Shown here: piece after piece, positions 52,121-64,000 of the stretch | How positions within the stretch are numbered: the first letter of the stretch is position 1 | Layout: each line of letters starts with the position of its first letter | Program-made: the position numbers and the translations under genes | Notes under the pieces: generated by a model | The model's input: only the letters and a program-made list of their open reading frames with translations | What the model was told of the DNA's origin: nothing | Databases searched by the model: none | Assembly (NCBI RefSeq): GCF_018350175.1 | Contig: NC_058368.1 | Coordinates: forward strand, 91,452,001 to 91,516,000 | Length of the DNA: 64,000 bases | Source of the DNA: Felis catus | Taxonomy: Eukaryota | Reading direction: 5' to 3'

Positions 52121-53199
52121 CCCAAGCAAGGCTCCACACTGTCAGCACAGAGCCCAACACAGGGCTCAAACTCAAAATACGTGAGATCATAACCTGAGCC
52201 GAAATCAAGAGTTGGACGCTTAACTGACTGAGCCACCCAGATGCCCCCATCTTGTGCCATTCTAACGAACTCCCAAAATATATATTCAGAATAATCAGAG
52301 GATAAGCTGGGTCCGCTCCAAATTAGGACTTAGATTTGTCAACTCTCTCCTCAGTCCTTGGATGAAGGCAAAATGGGACAGCGAGAGTACTGAGGAACGG
52401 CACAGCCAGGACTCTGCAGTGAATGTGGGGATCTGTGGACGCCTATACTCCAGGTGGACCTTGACCTAACCTGGAAAATTCCCAACAGGAAAAACTTACA
52501 TCCCTGACCTACAGCACGGATGCAATTCTCTGGAGTAGATGATACATTTGTGATCTGCAGCACACAGACAGATTCTCTGTGGACTGCCTGTAATCAGGAG
52601 CTTTGGGAGTTCACTCTGGTGGGGACCATAAAATCCCTACACATCCATAGAAGGAACAGTGTTCCAGCCCGAGGATAAGGGAATAGACCGTGCCACCCTG
52701 GACCCCAGGTATTGTCCCCACACCCCAGGGCAGTGAGATTTGAGTAGGTGGCTACCCATAAGTCCATAAGCATACTTCCCAACCTTGCTAGTCTAATTAT
52801 CACACTTGCTGTCTGACCGACCTGTCACACAGGGCTGCAAAAAGGTAAGTAAGGTCATATATGGGAAAGTCTGTATACATTTGAATCAACATAACTGTTT
52901 TAGGTATTATTGCATCATGACCTAAGAATGCTATCAATTAACCTCATTTGAAACTACAAAGTGCAAAATTCAGTCACACCGAGAACTCATACGGTGGCTC
53001 TATGTCAACCTGGCTTAGACAACTGCAGGTTCCATGCTCCCAAACCAGGACCTCACCTCCACACGATGGCATGATCTTTTGCTTCATGTAACACACTACA
53101 GGCCCACAGATAAAATCTCAGGGTCACCCTAAATTCCTAACTTATAGAAATTGTTAACAAAAAGGTTCAAAGAAGAGAAGGCTGCTTTGGGAAGAAGTG

Positions 53200-53248
53200 G
53201 GGACCCACCACTGAGGGTGAGCACCGTGGGACCCACCACTGAGGGTGA
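53200..53248. repeat. Short tandem duplication (2 x 21 bp, period 28)
   Basis: GGGACCCACCACTGAGGGTGA at 53200-53220 and 53228-53248. Confidence 0.9.
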
Positions 53249-55176
53249 CGGTGGTGGGAGCACCATCACTTGCAGCGGTGCTCCCGGCAGGTCTCTCCCA
53301 TAGGTGGGAGGCTGCATCTCTTCGTCTCACCTGCCACAGTCCTGCTGCACTTGCTCTGCTCTGGGGGGTAGGGGCAGTCATGGAACCTGCAGTCAGTCCC
53401 GGAGGAGAGAAGTGAAGGCCAGCGCCACAACCTAGTGAAGGAATGAAGATCGGCACAGGCAGCCAGGTGAGGCCAGGGGAAGCCGGAAGGGAGGACGCAG
53501 ACACAGATGCTCAGACACAGACATCCCCCAGGATATGAGCTTAGCACACGGACACGTGGTGCCACATCACCCACCTTTCATCTAATGGCTCCTCTGAGTG
53601 GGGGGAGGGTCTGGCCTCCAGGTTTCATTCTGTCAGAATTTTACAGGATCTCTGACGTGGTTCTGAGGAAAGGGCATAACAGATCTACCGAGAGCTGCCA
53701 CCCACTGGCTTCCATGTCAGATGGAAGGACCGTGCCAGGCACTTTGAGCCGCTTTCTCCCTCATCCTCACAGGCTGCCCCCATTTTACAGAGGAGGAAAC
53801 TGAGCACGAGCAGTTTGCTCAGGAATTAAATCCACTTCTAGACTAAAGGTGAGCCAGAGCAGGATCAGGAGGCATCAGCGTCCCCTGTCTTTCCCAGTGA
53901 GCAGCAGAGAATTCCAGAGAATGGGACATGGGCCCTGCATGGTGCGAAGTCCTATATAAACAAAATGGATTTTTGATGTTTTCATATAAGGCTCCTGAAC
54001 CAAACACTGGGCAATGTGAATTTTAAAGAAAATTTTGAAAAGTCTCTCTTTCTTGTCTTACATTCCCCAGTGTTCTCCCCCACAGGCGAGGCGCCATTTT
54101 CCCTTACATCTTGCCATTAGTTTCCAAGACATCTCAATCCTACTGGCTCCTCCTTGGCTTTAAACGTATCAATTTTTGAGTTTAGTAAGTGCTTTCTGGA
54201 TGGCAGTAGGGCTCCCAGAAGATAGGGTCTGTTCCATTCTCTGGTGGCGCCACAGGGACGAGCTGAGTGCTCCACATGCACCTGACCAATGGTGATGTGA
54301 GCAAATGGACGAAAGTCTCCTCATTTATGCCATTTTGCTTTACTTCAATTTGTATGAAAGTAGGGGAAGATGTCCCTTAAGAATTCAGACTCCATGGTAC
54401 AGATCAAATCCCACAAAACAAAGCATGATTACAACATAAGTTCCCTATGGAACATAATGAGACCAAAGAACTACCCGGTGATCTGGTTGTTTCCAGAAAT
54501 TTCTATTATTAAAAAATTCAGCTACATCCTGAAAATGTCAAAATGAGGCAAAAATTCATCTTGGGAAATCATATCTAATGTAAGATTCTGGCAAATAAAT
54601 CATCCAAGGGGCACCTAGGTGGCTCAGTCAGTTAAGCCATCCAACTCTTGATTTCAGCTCAGGTCATGATCTCATGCTTTGTGAGATTGATCCCCACGCC
54701 ACATTGACAGCATGCGTGGTCCTGGACACCATGAAGCCTGCTTGGGATTCTCTCACCTCTCTCTGCCTCTTCCCTGCTTGTGCACACACGCACTCACTCT
54801 CTCCCTCAAAAATAAACATTTTAAAAAAACTATTCAAAGCCAATAGGTAAATAAATTACTCTGACTCATCTACTACATGAAGTGGGAAGAAGAGGGTCAG
54901 AAGGAAAGGGCCAGGGCCAGGGTGTAATGCTGATAAGGTTAGGCTAAAGTCCCGAATGCTTTATTTGATTTTCTGTTTAAAATTGTAGACACAAACAACT
55001 CTGAACCTAAAATCAAAGTAAGATTTTCATCATCAACTGACTTTGTGCAAATTCTTCATCCCAGCTTTCTGAAATCCTTCAGAATTTAGCTGCCTGGGGA
55101 ATAAAGAAATCTCGAGAAAGATTTGAGCTTCTAGAAGATACTAGAGAGGATGGCACATGGAAAGTGACTAGACTTT

Positions 55177-55186
55177 TCCCAAGGGA
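55177..55186. promoter_or_regulatory. Candidate O/E (EBF) site upstream of the olfactory receptor
   Basis: TCCCAAGGGA matches the EBF consensus TCCCNNGGGA, 1.8 kb upstream of the OR ATG. An identical site lies at 58735-58744. Confidence 0.35.
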
Positions 55187-56039
55187 TTCCAGGGGCCAGA
55201 ACAGAAGGCAACCGTGGTGACAAAAATCAGCTAACACAGGGCAGCCTGGAGAGTGGGACCACTGTTAGCTCTGCCACTATGGGAGGGTCACTTACTTTTG
55301 CTGTGTGTCCCCCGCCTCCTGTGGAATAGGGACATTTATCGAATGACTGCAGAGGCAGGCTCTGAGGGATACCGGAGCCTTCTGTGTGCAGAGCTAAACA
55401 GAAGGAGTGCTCGGCGAATACTAGCTGTTTGCCTTCCCAGCTGATTGCTGCCAGGCAGGAATGGGAGCCCAGCATCTCCAGGGCTGCTGATTTTTCTTTT
55501 TTTTTTTTTCTTTTTTTCAACATTTATTTATTTTTGGGACAGAGAGAGACAGAGCATGAACGGGGGAGGGGCAGAGAGAGAGGGAGACACAGAATCAGAA
55601 ACAGGCTCCAGGCTCTGAGCCATCAGCCCAGAGCCTGACGCGGGGCTCAAACTCCCGGACCGCGAGATCGTGACCTGGCTGAAGTCGGACGCTTAACCGA
55701 CTGCGCCACCCAGGCGCCCCGCTGCTGATTTTTCAAGAAGAGGTAGAATACAGACTTTATATGAAACCCTTGAGTTTTAACATGTCAGCAAATAGATGTC
55801 TTGTAAAACATTAAGGGTCTAAACCAAATAAATACACCTGCAGGCTGTGTCTGGCTTACAGAGCCAGTTTGTTCCTCTGGTCTACAGTGGTCACAGGTCC
55901 TGGATCACACAGACCAGGACCACACAATTCCTCCTCCTTCATATAGTCAAGGAAATTCCTGTTGACACAGAGCCTTGGACTTGTCTAGGACTCAGCACTG
56001 CCTCCTTTTCACTCTGCTCACTTAGCAGCCCCTTTAAGT

Positions 56040-56830
56040 TATGCTTTAAGCCACAATTTTATTTACTAAATGCATTCATTAGTCACAGCAAAACACTTCT
56101 CATCCAGCATAGTGTCCATGTAGCTTTCGCTGGTAGATTTTTGGTGTGCAACACCTTTGTGAAAGTTCATTCTTTGACTACTTTGTTGAGCACTGACCAC
56201 GTGCTGATTATTGTCCAGGCACAGGGCACACAACAGACAGCGGCGTGGACACATGTTCTTAGAAGGGCACAGCCTCATGGGGAAAACACACTATAAACCA
56301 GTTAACTAACAAATGAGATAACCTCCTGCAGAGGTACAAAGATGATAAATCAGCCATGTGAAGATCCAGCTGGAGAGAATGCCAGGCCAAGAACAGCCAG
56401 TGCAAAGGCCCTGCCTGGAGGCGAGAAGGGAATGAAGTCCCATGTGGCTGGCAGGACATGCAGTCAGACAAGCAAGTGAGAACCAGGGCAGGAAGGCCTG
56501 GTCAACTGAAGAGGACATGATAGCTGAATCAAAGTCAAAGATTCAGTGACGCTGCTCCCAGCACACAGCACCTAAGACCAACCAGGTAGGTCCTTGGTAG
56601 CAAGACAGTAGAGGCACAGGACAGGCTCCGGATTCAGATCATGGGTGCCACTTGCTACCCACGTGGTCTTGAGCAAACTACTTAATCTGAGTCTCAGTTA
56701 TTTCATCTGAAAGTGGGAATCATAAAAGTCACTGTTTTGTGGGGACCAAGAGAGACAGTACCCACGAAGCCCTTCGTATGGTGGCACACAATAAAAAAAA
56801 ACACTTGATAAAGAGCAGCAATTATTACAG
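56040..56830. mobile_element. L2 and MIR remnants
   Basis: L2-like CAGCCATGTGAAGATC..AGTGCAAAGGCCCTG. MIR-like TGCCACTTGCTA..TTGAGCAA.CTACTTAA..TTTCATCTG.AA.TGGG. Confidence 0.6.
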
Positions 56831-56966
56831 GTACAAAACTCTGCTCACTTATCTGATTACAAATGACCTTTGATCTGATTCTTAACACACAGCAGGTCCA
56901 GGCTCTGCTGGGATTTCATCCTCCCCCTTGTGTGTGGAGCCTGTCACCTCCCCGAGTTACGGTGGG

Positions 56967-57908
56967 ATGTCCAGGGGGAAGGAGAATGGGACAGGAGTCA
57001 CCGAGTTCCTCCTGCTTGGCCTCACTGGTGACCCAGAGCAGCAGCGAATCCTCTTCTGGCTCTTCCTGTGTACATACTTGGTCACTGTGGCTGGGAACAC
57101 ACTCATCATCCTGGCCATCAGCTCTGACCCCCGCCTGCACACCCCCATGTACTTCTTCCTTACCAATCTCTCCCTTGTTGACATCTGCTTCACCACCAAC
57201 CTGATCCCCAAGCTGTTGGTCAACCACATAGCAGGAACATGGACAATCTCTTACCCCCATTGCCTGACCCAGATGTACTTCCTCATCTCCTTTGCCAACC
57301 TGGACACCTTTCTGCTGGCTGCCATGGCCCTGGACCGTTACGTGGCCATCTGCAAGCCCCTGCAGTACTACGCCATCATCACCCCCCAGCTCTGTCGGGG
57401 ATTGACCACACTCGTGTGGACATGCTCTGGCCTCATCTCCCTAGTCCACACGCTCCTCATGAACAGACTGACATTCTGCTCCTGTGCCCGCGAGATCTCA
57501 CACTTCTACTGCGATGCCTACCTGCTGATGAAGATCGCCTGCTCGGACACGCGTGTCAATCAGCACGTGTTCCTAGGTGCTGTGGTCCTGTTTGTGGCCC
57601 CCTCTGCACTCATTGTGGTCTCCTACATGTGCATAGCTGCAGCTGTCCTCCGGATTCCCTCCACCCCAGGAAGGCGCAAGGCATTTTCCACATGCAGCTC
57701 CCATCTGTCTGTGGTCATCGTGTTCTATGGAACTATCCTGGGGGTATATATTCGACCCCCCAACTCCTTCTCAGCTCAGGACACGGTAGCAACCATCATG
57801 TACACAGTGGTGACCCCTATGCTAAACCCCTTTATCTACAGCCTGAGGAACCAAGACATGAAGAAGGCTATGGGAAGTCTCTTCAGCAGGAGCTCAAAAT
57901 CTTCTTAG
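56967..57908 (+). CDS. Olfactory receptor, class II family 1 (OR1X-like), intact 313 aa
   Basis: Intronless ORF starting MSRGKENGTGVTEFLLLG (N-glycosylation site NGT), with LHTPMYFFL, MALDRYVAIC, HFYCD, KAFSTCSSH and PMLNPFIYSLRN. Subfamily assigned from recalled similarity to rodent Or1x proteins. Confidence 0.95.
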   Translation: MSRGKENGTGVTEFLLLGLTGDPEQQRILFWLFLCTYLVTVAGNTLIILAISSDPRLHTPMYFFLTNLSLVDICFTTNLIPKLLVNHIAGTWTISYPHCLTQMYFLISFANLDTFLLAAMALDRYVAICKPLQYYAIITPQLCRGLTTLVWTCSGLISLVHTLLMNRLTFCSCAREISHFYCDAYLLMKIACSDTRVNQHVFLGAVVLFVAPSALIVVSYMCIAAAVLRIPSTPGRRKAFSTCSSHLSVVIVFYGTILGVYIRPPNSFSAQDTVATIMYTVVTPMLNPFIYSLRNQDMKKAMGSLFSRSSKSS

Positions 57909-58806
57909 TGATGGTGAGCACTGGGCTGATATCTGGAGAGGTCCAGGATGTCAGAAAACAGAACACATGGCACCATTGACTCAATAATACCCACTTCCAC
58001 ACACTGAAAGATTATTTTGAGATGAAAAAGGCTAAAATTAGAGGAAATGTATATACTCTGTGTATATATTCTTCTATCTCTGAGAAACTCAGTCTCCTTC
58101 CAGTTCTTTCCTCTACCATCCCTAAGGTAGGACTATCATCCCCATGCTTCTAAGGTGGTTGCTGGGGCTCCACCCATCTCTTCCTATCCCAGGCAGGGAG
58201 CATGAGGGGAAGAAAGCCAAAACACTTGCCACTTGGAAGGGCTTTCTCAGCAGCTCCAAGCAGCTTCTTCTGCTCATCTCTCAAATATTTCCCTCCAATT
58301 GCATGGCAGGCTGGGAAATGTAGTTTAGTTATTTTGTGCTGCTGCTGTTGTTTTGGTTAGACTTAAACACACCACCACCTCCACTAAAATAGGGTTCTCC
58401 TGGAAAGGAAGATGGGATGGATAATGGGCAGATAACTGGCAAGTGTGCAACAATACTCAAGACTTACTTTGCTACATTTTATAGATGTGAAGTCACTTAG
58501 TGACTTTAGAAAAATAAACCTAAAATATAGGTTTTATATTATTGATCCCCTCTGGAGGGAGACTGTGTCAGGAAAAAAAACCTCATATGCTCCCACACTG
58601 CTAAAGGTGTGACATTAGTAGAAAGACCACACAATTCTACACATCAGAGTGATGTCCCTCTTGCAGGGAGCACAGCAGTAAAAGCAAAAGTGAAAGGAGA
58701 GTTCATGACATTCAGTTTTTGTGACTTTAATTGTTCCCAAGGGATGGGTTAGATTTCATCTTGAATGGTTTTTTTCTGAGTGTGTGTGGAAAATTAATAT
58801 TGGAAG

Positions 58807-59290
58807 TGTGGAAAGTTAACAAAAGGAACACCACCACCCCCTCCCACAACACCCCCACCCTACTTACAATGGAGTTGGGGAACTCCCAGCAGGGGGAGCT
58901 CTCACACCCTACTACTGCTGGTCAATTGCAGCCCCTACTAGTTTGGCTATTGCTTTACTACCCCAGTGGGAGCAAGAAAGGTTGTCCACCTCTCCACAAC
59001 ACCCCCCACCCCCACCCCGCAACAGCCCAGCCAATGAGAGACTGTCACAGCTCAGCGAATGAGAAGCTACCATACCTCGAACTCCCAGTTGGAAGTCCCA
59101 ATGGACTTTTTGTTTACAACAGCCCCTCCCAACTCCACCTTTCCTCTATAAAAGGGAGGTCCTCACCTTTGTTCTTCAACTGTCCTATGGTTTTGCCATA
59201 GCTTGCTCCTCCCAGTTGCAAGTCTCTACTCCCAATTAAACCCATTTTTTGCTGGCAAAATAACTGGCAGTTTTATTTTGAAAGTTAACA
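58807..59290 (+). mobile_element. Solo ERV LTR
   Basis: TG...CA ends with TSD GAAG (58803-58806 and 59291-59294). CCAAT at ~59031, TATAAAA at ~59147, ATTAAA at ~59235. GAAAGTTAACA occurs near both ends. Confidence 0.8.
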
Positions 59291-59593
59291 GAAGAAAGTT
59301 CATATTGTTCAAGCCGTGCAAAATATTATATTGATATATGTATGTGTGTGTTAAAGCACAAAGTATTTTAAAAATAATAAAACAATAAGGCATTAGAGTC
59401 CAATATCAGCTGATGGGTTTTAAAAGGCCTTGGTAGAGAACATGTTTCTAGCCTCAACATACAATTTATTAAGTGATTTGACTGCATGAGACTTCTTTAG
59501 AGAAAAATTAATAAACACCTACCACAGAAACGAAAAGATGAATGACAAGAACACGTTCAAGTCACAGGACAGAAGGTTATTCTACACCTATGC

Positions 59594-59594
<1 letters not shown>

Positions 59595-59632
<38 letters not shown>
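59595..59632. repeat. (AC)n microsatellite
   Basis: Perfect dinucleotide run; others occur at ~49220-49262, ~15850-15892 and ~52073-52118. Confidence 0.95.
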
Positions 59633-59639
<7 letters not shown>

Positions 59640-61066
59640 CAGAGGGTAGGAACAGTAATATGCAAACATGGTCATCATCACTGAAAACTCAAATAAATGG
59701 AAAAATAAAATAACCCCAATGTGCCCATTTTTTCTGACGTAACGATTTAAAAAATTTTTTAAATATTTATTTTTGAAGGAAAGAGAGACAGAGTGTGAAC
59801 AGGGGAGGGGCAGAGAGGGAGACACAGAATCCAAAACAGGCTCCAGGTTCTGCACTGTTAGTGCAGAGCCCGAAGTGGGGCTCAAACTCATGAACGGCGA
59901 GATCATGACCGGAGCTGAAGTCAGTCACTTAACCGACTGAGCCACCCAGGTGCCCCCTGATGTGATGATTTTTAAAAAGAGAATATGCAACTACTAGGTA
60001 TTTATCCAAGGGATACAAGTGTGCTGTTTCAAAGGGGCACATGCACCCCAATGTTTACAGCAGCACTATCAGCAATAGTCAAAGTATGGAAAGAGCCCAA
60101 ATTTCCATCAATGGATGAATGTATAAAGAAGATGTAGATATATGCAGAGAAGATGGCAGCGTAGGAGGACGCTGGGCTCACCGCGCGTCCTGCTGATCAC
60201 TTAGATTCCACCTACACCTGCCTAAATAACCCAGAAAACCACCAGAGGACTAGCAGAACGGAGTCTCCGGAGCCAAGCGCAGATGAGAGGCCCATGGAAG
60301 AGGGTAGGAAGGGCGGAGAGGCGGTGCACGTTCCACGGACTGGCGGGAGGGAGCCGGGGCGGAGGGGCGGCCTGCCAGCCAAGCAGAGCCACGGAGTCTG
60401 GCTTGCAAAAGCGGAGGGGCCTGACAGAGTGTGTTCTGACAGCAAGCGGGACTTAGCATCTGGGAGGTCATAAGTTAACAGCTCTGCTCGGAAAGCGGGA
60501 AGGCTGGAGGACAACGGAAGGGACAATTTCTGAGCCCAGGGACAACAGAGCTCAGTTTGGCGGGGAACAAAGGCGCTGCCAGCGCCTTCTCCCTCACCCA
60601 TCCCCCAGCCAAAATCCCAAAGGGAACCAGTTCCTGCCAGGGAACTTGCTTGCACCGGGCAAACACCCAACGCAGTGCTTCTGCGGAGCCACCTCTCCGG
60701 CAGCGGGTCTGACTCCCTCCCGCTGCCACAGGGCCCCTCCTGAAGTGGATCTCCGAAGGAGAAGCGAGCTAAGCCTGCCCCTCCTGCCCCTGTGCACCTT
60801 GCCGATCTGCCCCAGCTAATACGCCAGATCCCCAGCACCACAAGCCTGGCAGTGTGCAAGCAGCCCAGACAGGCCACACCACCCCACAGTGAATCCCGCC
60901 CCTAGGAGAGGGGAAGAGAAGGCACACACCAGTCTGACTGTGGCCCCAGCGGTGGGCTGGAGGCAGACATCAGGTCTGACTGCGGCTCCGCCCACCAACT
61001 CCAGTTATACACCACAGCACAGGGGAAGTGCCCTGCAGGTCTGCACCACTCCAGGGACTATCCAAA

Positions 61067-61960
61067 ATGACCAAACGGAAGAATTCCCCTCAAAAGAATC
61101 TCCAGAAAATAACAACAGCTAATGAACTGATCAAAAAGGATTTAAATAATATAACAGAAAGTGAATTTAGAATAATAGTCATAAAATTAATCGCTGGGCT
61201 TGAAAACAGTATAGAGGACAGCAGAGAATCTATTGCTACAGAGATCAAGGGACTAAGGAATAGTCAGGAGGAGCTGAAAAACGCTTTAAACGAGATGCAA
61301 AATAAAATGGAAACGACCATGGCTCGAATTGAAGAGGCAGAGGAGAGAATAGGTGAACTAGAAAATAAAATTATGGAAAAAGAGGAAGCTGAGAAAAGGA
61401 GAGATAAAAAAATCCAGGAGTATGAGGGGAAAATTAGAGAACTAAGTGATACACTAAAAAGAAATAATATACGCATAATTGGTATCCCAGAGGAGGAAGA
61501 GAGAGGGAAAGGTGCTGAAGGTGTACTTGGAGAAATAATAGCTGAAAACTTCCCGGATGTGGGGAAGGAAAAAGGCATTGAAATCCAAGAGGCACAGAGA
61601 ACTCCCTTCAGACGTAACTTGAATCGATCTTCTGCATGACATATCATAGTGAAACTGGCAAAATACAAGGATAAAGAGAAAATTCTGAAAGCAGCAAGGG
61701 GTAAACGTGCCCTCACATATAAAGGGAGACCTATAAGACTCGTGACTGATCTCTCTTTTGAAACTTGGCAGGCCAGAAAGGATTGGCAGGAGATCTTCAA
61801 TGTGTTGAACAGAAAAAATATGCAGCCAAGAATCCTTTATCCAGCAAGTCTGTCGTTTAGAATAGAAGGAGAGATAACGGTCTTTCCAAACAAACAAAAA
61901 CTGAAGGAATTCGTCACCACTAAACCAGCCCTACAAGAGATCCTAAGGGGGATCCTGTGA
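61067..61960 (+). pseudogene. L1 ORF1p with one premature stop
   Basis: Starts MTKRKNSPQ, with a coiled coil, RNNIRIIGIPE and YPASLSF. TGA at 61637-61639 where the other L1 copy has CGA (~2375). The frame continues to 61960. Confidence 0.92.
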
Positions 61961-62010
61961 GACAAATTACCAGAGACATTGATACAAGCATAAAACATAC
62001 AGACATCACA

Positions 62011-64000
62011 ATGACTCTAAACCTGTATCTTTCTATAATAACACTGAATGTAAATGGATTAAATGCGCCAACCAAAAGACATAGGGTATCAGAATGGATA
62101 AAAAAACAAGACCCATCTATTTGCTGTCTACAAGAGACTCATTTTAGACCTGAGGACACCTTCAGACTGAAAGTGAGGGGATGGAGAACTATTTATCATG
62201 CTACTGGAAGCCAAAAGAAAGCTGGAGTAGCCATACTTATATCAGACAAACTAGACTCTAAATTAAAGACTGTAACAAGAGATGAAGAAGGACATTATAT
62301 AATAGTTACAGGGTCTATCCATCAGGAAGAGCTAACAATTATAAATGTCTATGTGCCGAATACCGGAGCCCCCAAATATATAAAACAATTACTCATAAAC
62401 ATAAGCAACCTTATTGATAAGAATGTGGTAATTGCAGGGGACTTTAACACTCCACTTACAGAAATGGATAGATCATCTAGACACATGGTCAATAAAGAAA
62501 CAAGGGCCCTGAATGAGACATTGGATCAGATGGACCTGACAGATATATTTAGAACTCTGCATCCCAAAGCAACAGAATATACTTTCTTCTCAAGTGCACA
62601 TGGAACATTCTCCAAGATAGATCATATACTGAGTCACAAAACAGCCCTTCATAAGTATACAAGAATTGAAATTATACCATGCATACTTTCAGACCACAAT
62701 GCTATGAAGCTTGAAATCAACCACAGGAAAAAGTCTGGAAAACCTCCAAAAGCATGGAGGTTAAAGAACACTCTACTAAAGAATGAGTGGGTCAACCAGG
62801 CAATTAGAGAAGAAATTAAAAAATATATGGAAACAAACGAAAATGAAAATACAAGAATCCAAACGCTTTGGGATGCAGCAAAGGCAGTCCTGAGAGGAAA
62901 ATACACTGCAATCCAGGCCTATCTCAAGAAACAAGAAAAATCCCAAATACAAAATCTAACAGCACACCTAAAGGAAATAGAAGCAGAACAGCAGAGGCAG
63001 CCTAAACCCAGCAGAAGAAGAGAAATAATAAAGATCAGAGCAGAAATAAACAACATAGAATCTAAAAAAACTGCAGAGCAGATCAACGAAACCAAGAGTT
63101 GGTTTTTTGAAAAAATAAACAAAATTGACAAACCTCTAGCCAGGCTTCTCAAAAAGAAAAGGGAGATGACCCAAATAGGTAAAATCATGAATGAAAATGG
63201 AATTATTACAACCAATCCCTCAGAGATACAAACAATTATCAGGGAATACTATGAAAAATTATATGCCAACAAACTGGACAACCTGGAAGAAATGGACAAA
63301 TTCCTAAACACCCACACTCTTCCAAAACTCAATCAGGAGGAAATAGAAAGCTTGAACAGACCCATAACCAGTGAAGAAATTGAATCGGTTATCAAAAATC
63401 TCCCAACAAAGAAGAGTCCAGGACCAGATGGCTTCCCAGGGGAGTTCTACCAGATGTTTAAAGCAGAGATAATACCTATCCTTCTCAAGCTATTCCAAGA
63501 AATAGAAAGGGAAGGAAAACTTCCAGACTCATTCTATGAAGCCAGTATTACTTTGATTCCTAAACCAGACAGAGACCCAGTAAAAAAAGAGAACTACAGG
63601 CCAATATCCCTGATGAATATGGGTGCAAAAGTTCTCAATAAGATACTAGCAAATCGAATTCAACAGCATATAAAAAGAATTATTCACCATGATCAAGTGG
63701 GATTCATTCCTGGGATGTAGGGCTGGTTCAACATTCGCAAATCAATCAACGTGATACATCACATTAATAAAAGAAAAGACAAGAACCATATGATCCTGTC
63801 AATCGATGCAGAAAAGGCCTTTGACAAAATTCAGCACTCTTTCTTAATAAAAACCCTTGAGAAAGTCGGGATAGAAGGAACATACTTAAAGATCATAAAA
63901 GCCATTTATGAAAAGCCCACAGCTAACATCATCCTCAATGGGGAAAAACTGAGAGCTTTTTCCCTAAGATCAGGAACACGACAGGGAGGCCCACTCTCAC
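62011..64000 (+). pseudogene. L1 ORF2p (endonuclease and reverse transcriptase) with premature stop
   Basis: [32 protein letters not shown] and YRPISL motifs. TAG at 63718-63720 replaces Q of GMQGWF, and the frame continues with [16 protein letters not shown]. Confidence 0.93.

Larger units (their letters stand above)
15440..59957. mobile_element. About 40 dispersed feline Can-SINEs (tRNA-derived), e.g. 22980-23183, 29978-30205, 33167-33390, 38808-39030, 41440-41670, 43301-43520, 51589-51790, 55497-55720, 59750-59957
   Basis: GGGGCGCCTGGGTGGC(G/T)CAGTCGGTTAAGCGTCCGACTTC head, (CT)n tract and AAAATAAATAAA tail; many have visible TSDs. Confidence 0.95.
60146..64000 (+). mobile_element. Young felid L1 (5'UTR, ORF1, ORF2 running off the window), inserted into an older L1 3' fragment (~59990-60145)
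   Basis: GC-rich ~920-bp 5'UTR starting AAGATGGC, then ORF1, a 50-bp spacer and ORF2 with endonuclease and RT motifs. Confidence 0.97.

Noticed and set aside
56928..56966. 13-codon N-terminal extension of the OR in the ORF track
   Set aside because: It starts at a non-ATG codon. ATG 56967 gives a typical OR N-terminus.
57239..57979. 246-aa ORF overlapping the OR, plus antisense ORFs at 56916-57260
   Set aside because: Alternative-frame shadows of the GC3-rich OR coding sequence, with no recognisable motif.
15439..59906. Many short ORFs with similar peptides (MAQSVKRPTSAQVMIS.., REFEPRVRLWADGSEPGACF..)
   Set aside because: They are translations of Can-SINEs, not a gene family.
1..64000. CRISPR arrays, operons or prokaryotic defence systems
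   Set aside because: The sequence is mammalian, and no regularly spaced repeat-spacer structure was seen.

Overview
Mammalian, almost certainly felid, genomic DNA: about 40 feline-type Can-SINEs, carnivore L1s and ERV solo LTRs. It contains one intact gene, a single-exon class II olfactory receptor of family 1 (OR1X-like, 56967-57908, +). A degraded V2R (class C GPCR) pseudogene lies on the minus strand, and I could reconstruct exons 1-4 (about 39270-31872) by removing L1 and SINE insertions. There are two young L1 copies: a 3'-truncated, tail-less copy with a clean 14-bp TSD (884-2412) and a copy starting at its 5' end with one stop in each ORF (about 60146 to beyond 64000). The most unusual structure is in the first ~21 kb. 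It is a non-coding, diverged higher-order tandem array with A-B-A-B subunits of ~2.5-3.2 kb, a ~5.75 kb period and a disrupted extra B-type copy. It has no SINEs for 15 kb, a 106-bp near-identical island and a conserved splice-site-flanked cassette. Repeat family names and synteny come from recall, not from searches. Boundaries without a TSD are approximate.
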